Below are positions 1 to 4,848 of a stretch of 5,599 bases of DNA, in pieces. Where the stretch lies: positions 1 to 5,599 of IMG/VR virus record IMGVR_UViG_2703718812_000014; one strand, 5' to 3'. How positions within the stretch are numbered: the first letter of the stretch is position 1; every line of letters starts with the position of its first letter. The position numbers were made by a program, and so were the translations under genes. The stretch is from a virus (taxonomy: Duplodnaviria; Heunggongvirae; Uroviricota; Caudoviricetes). Below the pieces are notes generated by a model. The model was not told the origin of the DNA, did not search any database, and was given only the letters and a program-made list of their open reading frames with translations.

Positions 1-39
1 ATGGTGATGAATTTTTCGAAACACAGAGCCGCAATGTAA
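1..39 (+). CDS. 3' end of an upstream ORF (partial; last 12 codons ...MVMNFSKHRAAM then TAA)
   Basis: Open frame from position 1 to TAA at 37-39, followed 30 nt later by a strong SD for the next ORF, which suggests an operon. Too short to identify. Confidence 0.25.
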   Translation: MVMNFSKHRAAM

Positions 40-82
40 CCGACTGGATGCCGCTACCAGAACCGCCGCAGGAGGTGCGCCA

Positions 83-166
83 ATGAACTGGCCTGAAGCA
101 TTTGCAATTACAGGCGTTGCTATGGCTATCGCTTTTTTAGTATATGTTATTTGTCGGTGGGGGTAA
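83..166 (+). CDS. small hydrophobic peptide, 27 aa (MNWPEAFAITGVAMAIAFLVYVICRWG), predicted single transmembrane helix
   Basis: ATG at 83 preceded by AGGAGGT (70-76) at 6-nt spacing; product is essentially one hydrophobic helix; below the 60-aa cutoff of the ORF track. Confidence 0.45.
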   Translation: MNWPEAFAITGVAMAIAFLVYVICRWG

Positions 167-201
167 AAACGTTCGCCGGGATTAACACCAAAGGAGGGAA
201 T

Positions 202-306
202 ATGTCGGATGATATTTCACTGGCAATGGAAGGTGCGCTGGCTGTTATTGCTGTTGTGGGCGTTTACTGCCTGGTTGTGTTTTTGATGGATCGACTAGGG
301 AACTGA
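202..306 (+). CDS. small hydrophobic peptide, 34 aa (MSDDISLAMEGALAVIAVVGVYCLVVFLMDRLGN), predicted single transmembrane helix
   Basis: ATG at 202 preceded by AAGGAGGG (191-198); acidic N-terminus followed by about 20 hydrophobic residues; TGA at 304-306; below ORF-track cutoff. Confidence 0.45.
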   Translation: MSDDISLAMEGALAVIAVVGVYCLVVFLMDRLGN

Positions 307-314
307 ATTCATTA

Positions 315-336
315 CGATATGGGAATTCCCATATCG
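315..336. repeat. perfect 22-bp palindrome CGATATGGGAATTCCCATATCG centred on GAATTC
   Basis: Read directly: the sequence equals its own reverse complement; lies between the small ORF at 202-306 and the hok promoter region. No flanking T-run, so not a typical intrinsic terminator. Confidence 0.6.
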
Positions 337-348
337 GGTAAAAACGGT

Positions 349-376
349 TTGCGGTAAAGCGAGAGTTAAGTAGAAT
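349..376 (+). promoter_or_regulatory. candidate hok/mok mRNA promoter (-35 TTGCGG 349-354, 16-nt spacer, -10 TAGAAT 371-376)
   Basis: The -10 is a 5/6 match to TATAAT. The predicted start (~383) falls at GCGGGTGCTTGAGGCTATCTGCC, which closely resembles my recollection of the 5' end of plasmid R1 hok mRNA. Confidence 0.4.
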
Positions 377-430
377 TGCTGCGGGTGCTTGAGGCTATCT
401 GCCTCGGGCATGAACACCAACGGCAGATAG

Positions 431-502
431 AGAAAAGCCCCAGTTAACATTACGCGTCCGGCAAGACGCTTAACATTAATCTGAGGCCATATCTATGACT
501 TG
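431..502 (-). ncRNA. sok: predicted Sok-like antisense RNA overlapping the mok start and SD
   Basis: On the minus strand a -35 TTGCCT (complement of 533-538) and -10 TAACCT (complement of 510-515) with a 17-nt spacer would start transcription near 502, running antisense across the mok ATG (495) and ending in a U-rich tract (complement of 429-437). Position matches the known hok/sok layout; exact ends are uncertain. Confidence 0.35.
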
Positions 503-707
503 CACATGTAGGTTAGCCTCTTACGCGCCGAAAGGCAAGGAGAAGCAGGCTATGAAGCAGCAAAAGGCGATGTTAATCGCCCTGATCGTCATCTGTTTAA
601 CCGTCATAGTGACGGCACTGGTAACGAGGAAAGACCTCTGCGAGGTACGAATCCGAACCGGCCAGACGGAGGTCGCTGTCTTCACAGCTTACGAACCTGA
701 GGAGTAA
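495..707 (+). CDS. mok: Mok-like leader ORF (70 aa), an in-frame N-terminal extension of hok
   Basis: ATG at 495 opens a frame that runs through hok to the same stop; the 19-residue extension MTCTCRLASYAPKGKEKQA resembles Mok leaders of chromosomal hok loci as I recall them. Confidence 0.55.
   Translation: MTCTCRLASYAPKGKEKQAMKQQKAMLIALIVICLTVIVTALVTRKDLCEVRIRTGQTEVAVFTAYEPEE
552..707 (+). CDS. hok: Hok/Gef-family type I toxin (51 aa), HokD/RelF-like
   Basis: Product MKQQKAMLIALIVICLTVIVTALVTRKDLCEVRIRTGQTEVAVFTAYEPEE has an N-terminal TM helix and the conserved Hok C-terminal signature (RKxLCEVR...EVAVF.AYE); it is nested in a mok-like frame with hok-like leader structure. Confidence 0.85.
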   Translation: MKQQKAMLIALIVICLTVIVTALVTRKDLCEVRIRTGQTEVAVFTAYEPEE

Positions 708-728
708 GAGACCAGGCGGGGTAAACCC

Positions 729-795
729 CCGCCACCTCTGATGTGTCAGGCATCCTCAACGCACCCGCACTTAACCTACTTCGGCGGTTTTTTTT
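729..795 (+). terminator. hok mRNA 3' domain: fbi-like element (754-768) and T8 run (788-795)
   Basis: CCTCAACGCACCCGC (754-768) is complementary, with one bulged C, to the predicted mRNA 5' end GCGGGTGCTTGAGG (381-394), as in tac/fbi pairing. CCGCC (729-733) can pair with GGCGG (783-787), followed by eight T. Confidence 0.4.
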
Positions 796-915
796 CACGT
801 ACTGTGGTTGTGAATACGATTGGTATTAGGATATGCTAACAACATTAGCTTGACTAATTTTGTATTGACTTGATTTTTGTTAAAGAACAGGACGGAGAAG
901 TAAGGGGGGCACCCA

Positions 916-1095
916 ATGAGCTACGCACTAAAAAAACACCCGCGATTGACTATTCCCCCTCGCGATAAAAGCGTTGTGGCAGCTCCGCGCCCGGCTATCG
1001 ATGAAAATTGCACTCATCGTGAGCAGGTGAAAAATGCTTTCGATTTCGGTTTTTCTCGTTACGAGAAGGCAATGGAAGAACTTTCAAAAGTGTAA
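916..1095 (+). CDS. hypothetical 59-aa protein, candidate cognate partner (antitoxin) of the downstream Doc-family toxin
   Basis: ATG at 916 with AAGGGGGG (902-909) upstream; ends in tandem stops TAA-TGA (1093-1098) 18 nt before the Doc ATG, in the same frame. Sequence MSYALKKHPRLTIPPRDKSVVAAPRPAIDENCTHREQVKNAFDFGFSRYEKAMEELSKV does not resemble Phd as I recall it. Missed by the ORF track (<60 aa). Confidence 0.5.
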   Translation: MSYALKKHPRLTIPPRDKSVVAAPRPAIDENCTHREQVKNAFDFGFSRYEKAMEELSKV

Positions 1096-1113
1096 TGATG
1101 GGTATTGTGCTCT

Positions 1114-1599
1114 ATGGCTGAGATTGTTGAAGGAGTGCATTACCTTACGGTTGATGATCTTGTTGAAATCAATCGTTCCCTAATTGAATTACAGACGCCA
1201 GATGAGCTCGTTGGTGTTCTGAGTCCAGATAACTTAAGTTCTTCTCAGGCCCGTCCCAGCATGGTTCGATGGTATGAACAGACTAATGACATGTTTGTAC
1301 TGGCATCGGTATTGATTGAAAGTCTGATTCAGAATCATCCGTTTGCTAATGCGAACAAACGAACAGCTATGATGGCTGGTTACGTCTTCTTGTTGTTGAA
1401 TGGCTATGAATTAACAGCACCAGGCGATGAAATCGTGGAAATGGCAGAGGGACTGGCCTGCAAAACCTATACTCGAGAAGATCTCGAGAACTGGTTGTGT
1501 TATTGGTCTCGCGCGTATGACAGCCGGGAATTATGTAAAACAGGCGCAACTATTGTTTTGTATGAAACTATCAAGTTTAAAATGGAACAGCAAAACTAA
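1114..1599 (+). CDS. doc: Doc (death-on-curing) family Fic/Doc toxin, 161 aa
   Basis: Contains HPFANANKRTA, matching the Doc-type Fic motif HxFx(D/N)(A/G)NKR. Start taken as ATG 1114 (MAEIVEG...); the ORF track's 1105 is a TTG start. Followed by a strong intrinsic terminator. Confidence 0.8.
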   Translation: MAEIVEGVHYLTVDDLVEINRSLIELQTPDELVGVLSPDNLSSSQARPSMVRWYEQTNDMFVLASVLIESLIQNHPFANANKRTAMMAGYVFLLLNGYELTAPGDEIVEMAEGLACKTYTREDLENWLCYWSRAYDSRELCKTGATIVLYETIKFKMEQQN

Positions 1600-1613
1600 A
1601 GGTGCTTCCAATG

Positions 1614-1637
1614 AAAACCCGCTTCGGCGGGTTTTTT
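1614..1637 (+). terminator. rho-independent terminator (CCCGC-TTCG-GCGGG followed by T6), possibly bidirectional
   Basis: Stem 1618-1622 / 1627-1631 with a TTCG tetraloop, A4 upstream and T6 downstream (1632-1637), 15 nt after the Doc stop. Confidence 0.75.
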
Positions 1638-1827
1638 GTTGTTTATTTTCGGTGAGTATGATGCATCTGGTTGTACTGATGTGGTTGGCTGATTCTGTTA
1701 TTCAGGTGGCTTATTGCTGTTGATCGGTATGTCTTCACGGCTAGAATCGAGGCTCTTAAGTAGCGCGCAGGGAGAAGAGGGATGGACCCCGAAGGGGAAG
1801 AGCTATTTATCTGGAAGGATTCTGAAG

Positions 1828-2001
1828 ATGAAAATCGAAGAATTGCGTGAAATTTTTAGTGAAAATGGCCTCTATGCTGTGCGCGTTGAGAATGGGAAAG
1901 TTGTCTACACAACGTTAATCCCTGATGATCATGTAATTTTATCTATCGAGGCATTCATTGAATACCTTGAAAGGCTCGGTTTCAAGGTAGTTCGCGAATG
2001 A
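1828..2001 (+). CDS. small hypothetical protein, 57 aa (MKIEELREIFSENGLYAVRVENGKVVYTTLIPDDHVILSIEAFIEYLERLGFKVVRE)
   Basis: ATG at 1828 with GGAAGGA (1813-1819) upstream; the long N-terminal extension in the ORF track (from 1714) has no RBS and looks non-coding. Family not recognised. Confidence 0.5.
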   Translation: MKIEELREIFSENGLYAVRVENGKVVYTTLIPDDHVILSIEAFIEYLERLGFKVVRE

Positions 2002-2060
2002 GTTATAATTCGTAAGCCAGCCTGAACAACTGGCAACCTACAGCGCCATTGGAGACAGCA

Positions 2061-2660
2061 ATGGCGCATATACAACTGGTCAAACAAACCTCTTCCGGAT
2101 TACTTCTCCCGGCGACGCCGGAGAGTTGTGATTTTCTGCATCAAATCAAAATAGGCGAGTGGATACACGCTGATTTCAAGCGCGTTCGTAACTACGCATT
2201 CCATAAGCGTTTTTTCAAACTTCTGCAACTCGGATTCGATTACTGGACTCCGGTCGGTGGGGCGATCACTCCTCGCGAGCGAAAACTGGTGTCCGGTTTC
2301 GTTGATTATCTGTGCGAATCAGTAGGCCGGGAACATACGCCAGCTCTGAGCGAAGCCGCAGAGCAATATCTGAATACAGTTGCGACACGCAGAACCCGAG
2401 ATACAGCATTGCTAAAGTCGTTTGAGGCTTTCCGCGAGTGGGTAACCATTCAGGCAGGATTTTACACCGAGCATATTTATCCTGATGGTAGTCGTGGGCG
2501 CAGGGCAAAATCTATCGCATTTGCGAACATGGACGAAACCGAGTTTCAGCAGGTTTATAAATCTGTACTGAATGTGCTGTGGAACTGGATCCTGTTCCGT
2601 AAATTTTCCTCTCCGGAGGAAGTCGAAAATGTGGCCGCGCAGCTGCTGGAGTTTGCGTAA
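2061..2660 (+). CDS. lambdoid nin-region protein, DUF1367-like (199 aa)
   Basis: ATG at 2061 with GGAG (2051-2054) upstream; the ORF track's 2049 is a TTG. Its stop overlaps the next start (TAATG at 2658-2662). Family assignment is from memory of nin-region gene order and needs a search. Confidence 0.7.
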   Translation: MAHIQLVKQTSSGLLLPATPESCDFLHQIKIGEWIHADFKRVRNYAFHKRFFKLLQLGFDYWTPVGGAITPRERKLVSGFVDYLCESVGREHTPALSEAAEQYLNTVATRRTRDTALLKSFEAFREWVTIQAGFYTEHIYPDGSRGRRAKSIAFANMDETEFQQVYKSVLNVLWNWILFRKFSSPEEVENVAAQLLEFA

Positions 2661-2950
2661 TGGTGGATTTACGTAAAGCGGCAAAAGGTCAGATGTGTAC
2701 AGTCAGAATTCCTGGCTACTGCAATCACAATCCCGAAACGTCCGTGCTGGCGCATTACAGGCTGGCGGGGACGTGTGGAACAGCGACAAAACCACACGAT
2801 ATGCAGGCGGCAATTGCCTGTAGCTCATGCCACGATTTAATCGACGGGCGGGTAAAAACCAGCGATTACACCAAAGAAGAATTGCGCCTGATGCATGCAG
2901 AAGGTGTTTTTCGCACACAAGAAATCTGGAGAAAGGAAGGTTATTTATGA
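2660..2950 (+). CDS. DUF1364 family phage protein, YbcO-like putative nuclease (96 aa)
   Basis: MVDLRKAAKGQMCTVRIPGYCNHNPETSVLAHYRLAGTCGTATKP...IACSSCHD carries the conserved Cys/His pattern and matches my recollection of DLP12 YbcO; start overlaps the upstream stop and its stop overlaps the Q start (ATGA at 2947-2950). Confidence 0.75.
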   Translation: MVDLRKAAKGQMCTVRIPGYCNHNPETSVLAHYRLAGTCGTATKPHDMQAAIACSSCHDLIDGRVKTSDYTKEELRLMHAEGVFRTQEIWRKEGYL

Positions 2951-3501
2951 TTTACCCAACAAATACAGGCAAAAGCGGGGAACGCCTTCGTCTCACCACG
3001 CTGGAAAGTGTCTGGATTCAGGGAAAACTGCGCATGTGGGGGCGCTGGTCGTATATTGGCGGCGGTAAGACGGGAAATATGTTCAACCAGTTGCTGACCT
3101 CTAAAAAGCTGACAAAAACGGCAATTAACGAGGCGCTCCGGAGGATGAAAAAAGCAGGTTTGGACAAACCTGAACTTGAGGCTTTTTTGCGGGATATGAT
3201 CAACGGCAAGCAAAAAAGCTGGCTGGTGCATTGTACTGATGCAGAGGCGTTATGCATTGATCGGGTGATTAGTGAAGTGCTGGCAGAACACCCAGGATTG
3301 ATTTGTATCCTCCGGCAACGATATGAAGGGAGGGGGATGACTAAGCGAAAAATGGCTGAATTGCTGAATGATTCACACCCTGAGTGGTGTTTTCGGACGT
3401 GCTGCAGTCGGGTAGATGTATGGCTAAATCTTGCTGAATATATGCTCTATCTACCGATGCGTGATGCATTCTCTTCCGGGGATCTAAAAACCGTCTGTTG
3501 A
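2947..3501 (+). CDS. Q: late-gene antitermination protein Q (184 aa)
   Basis: ATG 2947 with AGGAAGG (2934-2940) at 6-nt spacing; N-terminal ...KLRMWGRWSYIGGG...LLTSKKL resembles the Q-antiterminator family (compare DLP12 QuuD WGAW...LITSK). It sits just upstream of a promoter-plus-terminator pair, as expected for Q/PR'/tR'. Confidence 0.8.
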   Translation: MIYPTNTGKSGERLRLTTLESVWIQGKLRMWGRWSYIGGGKTGNMFNQLLTSKKLTKTAINEALRRMKKAGLDKPELEAFLRDMINGKQKSWLVHCTDAEALCIDRVISEVLAEHPGLICILRQRYEGRGMTKRKMAELLNDSHPEWCFRTCCSRVDVWLNLAEYMLYLPMRDAFSSGDLKTVC

Positions 3502-3527
3502 CTCAATCTGTTATCCGGGGCTATATT
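3498..3527 (+). promoter_or_regulatory. candidate late promoter PR' (-35 TTGACT 3498-3503, 18-nt spacer, -10 TATATT 3522-3527); a qut site is expected here
   Basis: Consensus-like hexamers directly after the Q stop, 60-80 nt upstream of an intrinsic terminator; this is the classic lambdoid Q-PR'-tR' layout. Inverted repeat TATCCGGGG (3512-3520) / CCCCGGATA (3565-3573) brackets the start region. Confidence 0.4.
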
Positions 3528-3588
3528 CCTCACGCGCCAGCAAAATCTGGCGTCGGGATTGGAACCCCGGATAGAGACCGCGACAGAC

Positions 3589-3610
3589 ACACGCCGCGAG
3601 CGTGTTTTTT
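3589..3610 (+). terminator. tR'-like rho-independent terminator (ACACGC-CGCGA-GCGTGT followed by T6)
   Basis: 6-bp GC-rich stem 3589-3594 / 3600-3605, 5-nt loop, T-run 3605-3610; about 75 nt downstream of the predicted PR' start. Confidence 0.6.
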
Positions 3611-3771
3611 ATTGTCGTATGCACGCGCACATCTGAATTATGGTGGGGCGCATGGGGGAGCTGAAAAGCTCGCCGGTCGGTTTCCCGGTAGTTCCAACCC
3701 TGTGCGTCTCACCACCCGATGATTGGAACCTGACGGTGGTGATAGTTTAGAAACCACCAGAGGGCGTCATT

Positions 3772-4188
3772 ATGACAACTCAAATTTCTGTTGAAACTCT
3801 CTCCCCGATCACCCATAACCGGATTCCTGTTATTACCACCGAACTTTTGGCGCAGCTTTACGGCACTGAGCCGGTGCGTATTCGCCAGAATCATCATGAG
3901 AACAAAGTACGCTTCGTTGAAGGGAAACACTTTTTCAAAGTTGTTGGTAATGACCTTAAAGAATTGCGGGTAGCTTTAAACTACTCACAAAATCCCATCT
4001 CTCCCAAAGCCCGCTCCCTTATCCTCTGGACAGAACGCGGAGCAGCCCGCCACGCAAAAATGCTCGAAACCGATCAGGCGTGGGATGTGTTCGAAAAACT
4101 GGAAGACTGCTATTTCAGTCAAAAGGATCCGTCAGCGCCAGTTGCATGCCAGAAAAGTTACGACACGCGAGTTCTCTGTTATCAGTGA
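3772..4188 (+). CDS. ORF6N-domain (phage antirepressor-like) protein, 138 aa; ends at an in-frame TGA followed by 46 further open codons to TAA 4327-4329 (possible truncation or readthrough)
   Basis: ATG 3772 with GAGGG (3760-3764) at 7-nt spacing; ...TTELLAQLYGTEPVRIRQNHHENKVRFVEGKHFFKV...ILWTERGAARHAKML fits the ORF6N pattern (AELYG...RFPE..F). The same frame stays open after TGA 4186-4188 with no independent start codon. Confidence 0.65.
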   Translation: MTTQISVETLSPITHNRIPVITTELLAQLYGTEPVRIRQNHHENKVRFVEGKHFFKVVGNDLKELRVALNYSQNPISPKARSLILWTERGAARHAKMLETDQAWDVFEKLEDCYFSQKDPSAPVACQKSYDTRVLCYQ

Positions 4189-4424
4189 GGTGGTGTCACT
4201 GTTTCCACAATTCAGTTACGGGATGATGATATTGTTATTTCCCTTGAGTCATGGCTGGAACTGGCGAGAGCCAATGGTTGGTTTGTTGTTCGCAGAGATA
4301 AACTGGTGGAAAGGTTGATGCAGCTTTAAAAAAGTTCTTGCATTTTTGCACATAAACTGCTTCAATTCCGGTACGCTTCGCAAAGCTGTATCGCGAGGCG
4401 AACCAAGCGCATGAACTTTACCAG

Positions 4425-4448
4425 AACCCGCCATTGAGCGGGTTTTTT
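4425..4448 (+). terminator. rho-independent terminator (AACCCGC-CATTGA-GCGGGTT followed by T6)
   Basis: 7-bp stem 4425-4431 / 4438-4444 and T-run to 4448, about 100 nt downstream of the ORF6N frame end. Confidence 0.65.
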
Positions 4449-4487
4449 ATTGCGGAATTAATTACGGACCGTTATTATTCTGCTCCC

Positions 4488-4563
4488 GGCCCTTTAGCTC
4501 AGTAGTGAGAGCGAGCGACGCATAATCGCCAGGTCGCTGGTTCGAATCCAGTACAACGCGCCA
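4488..4563 (+). tRNA. tRNA-Ile(CAU)-like element resembling E. coli ileX / phage ileZ, probably a non-functional remnant with an unpaired acceptor stem
   Basis: D-arm GCTC-AGTAGTGA-GAGC, anticodon loop CGCATAA (anticodon CAT, but G at position 33), T-arm GCTGG-TTCGAAT-CCAGT and 3' CCA. The 5' acceptor strand GGCCCTT cannot pair with the 3' strand ACAACGC, and the anticodon stem has an A-C mismatch. Confidence 0.45.
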
Positions 4564-4577
4564 CACTTATTTTCCCT

Positions 4578-4603
4578 GGCTCGCTTTTGCGGGCCTTTTT
4601 TTT
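4578..4603 (+). terminator. imperfect terminator-like hairpin (GGCTCGC-TTTT-GCGGGCC, one mismatch) followed by T8
   Basis: Read directly; sits immediately 3' of the tRNA-like element, as tRNA terminators often do. Confidence 0.35.
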
Positions 4604-4800
4604 AAATGTCTCACAATTCAGGCGGTTGACTGTTGTCTGGTTTGCGGGGAGTTTGTTAAAAGAAACTGGCATGGTGAATCCCCCTGTGCGGAGGGGCAAT
4701 CAGTGAGTAGGTATATGGGATAATCGCGGATTCAGGTGCTGGTACTGAATTCACCGGGAGGCACCCGGCACCATGCAAGAAAAAGAATGTGCATGCAAAC

Positions 4801-4827
4801 ATGCCCCTCTCCGGAGGGGCATTTTTT
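4801..4827 (+). terminator. rho-independent terminator (ATGCCCCTC-TCCG-GAGGGGCAT followed by T6), overlapping a second 10-12-bp A/T-rich hairpin (4817-4844)
   Basis: 9-bp stem, 4-nt loop, T-run 4822-4827; the T-run then pairs with A6 at 4834-4839 (GCATTTTTTA / TAAAAAATGC), giving mutually exclusive structures. The sequence runs into the N gap. Confidence 0.5.
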
Positions 4828-4848
4828 ATGGGTAAAAAATGCCCGAAT

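Noticed and set aside
1367-1549. 60-aa minus-strand ORF antisense to the Doc gene
   Set aside because: Antisense to a strongly supported CDS, no RBS, low-complexity product.
1427-1723. 98-aa + strand ORF overlapping the 3' half of the Doc gene in another frame
   Set aside because: Fully nested out of frame in a well-supported gene, crosses the terminator, and has no RBS; likely a frame artefact.
1714-1827. N-terminal extension of the small ORF (track start at 1714)
   Set aside because: No SD before 1714 and the extension reads like non-coding sequence; ATG 1828 has a proper RBS.
2049-2060. TTG start at 2049 for the DUF1367-like gene
   Set aside because: ATG at 2061 sits at ideal spacing from GGAG (2051-2054); the TTG would place the SD inside the coding sequence.
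2827-2946. Upstream extension of the Q ORF (track start 2827)
   Set aside because: It would overlap the DUF1364 gene out of frame for 120 nt; ATG 2947 has a strong SD and the ATGA stop-start overlap typical of coupling.
2266-3257. Five minus-strand ORFs (2266-2508, 2412-2684, 2703-2918, 2941-3231, 3018-3257)
   Set aside because: All antisense to and nested within the coupled DUF1367-like / DUF1364 / Q genes; no RBS, unremarkable products.
3498-3722. 74-aa TTG-initiated ORF spanning the PR'/tR' region
   Set aside because: Covers a promoter and terminator, Gly/Arg-rich low-complexity product, no RBS.
3709-4434. Overlapping ORFs 3709-3930 (-), 3791-3973 (+), 4085-4318 (+) and 4249-4434 (-)
   Set aside because: Nested in or antisense to the ORF6N gene or its terminator region; the frame-1 reading is the one with domain-like sequence.
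4488-4563. tRNA-like element as a prophage attachment site (attL/attR)
   Set aside because: It lies inside the late region between Q and nanS-p rather than at a prophage end, no integrase is nearby, and the 5' body rather than the 3' end is retained.
4499-4699. 66-aa minus-strand ORF
   Set aside because: Its C-terminal part is simply the tRNA-like element translated; an artefact of a GC-rich structured RNA.
4773-4835. 20-codon ORF MQEKECACKHAPLRRGIFYG
   Set aside because: Its 3' half is the terminator hairpin; SD spacing is poor (11 nt); more likely non-coding.
4604-4848. Search for stxA/stxB-like ORFs or argN/argO tRNAs after the tRNA-Ile-like element
   Set aside because: No ORF longer than 20 codons and no GGTTCGAATCC-type T-arm with a pairing acceptor stem in the readable sequence; only hairpins and terminators.
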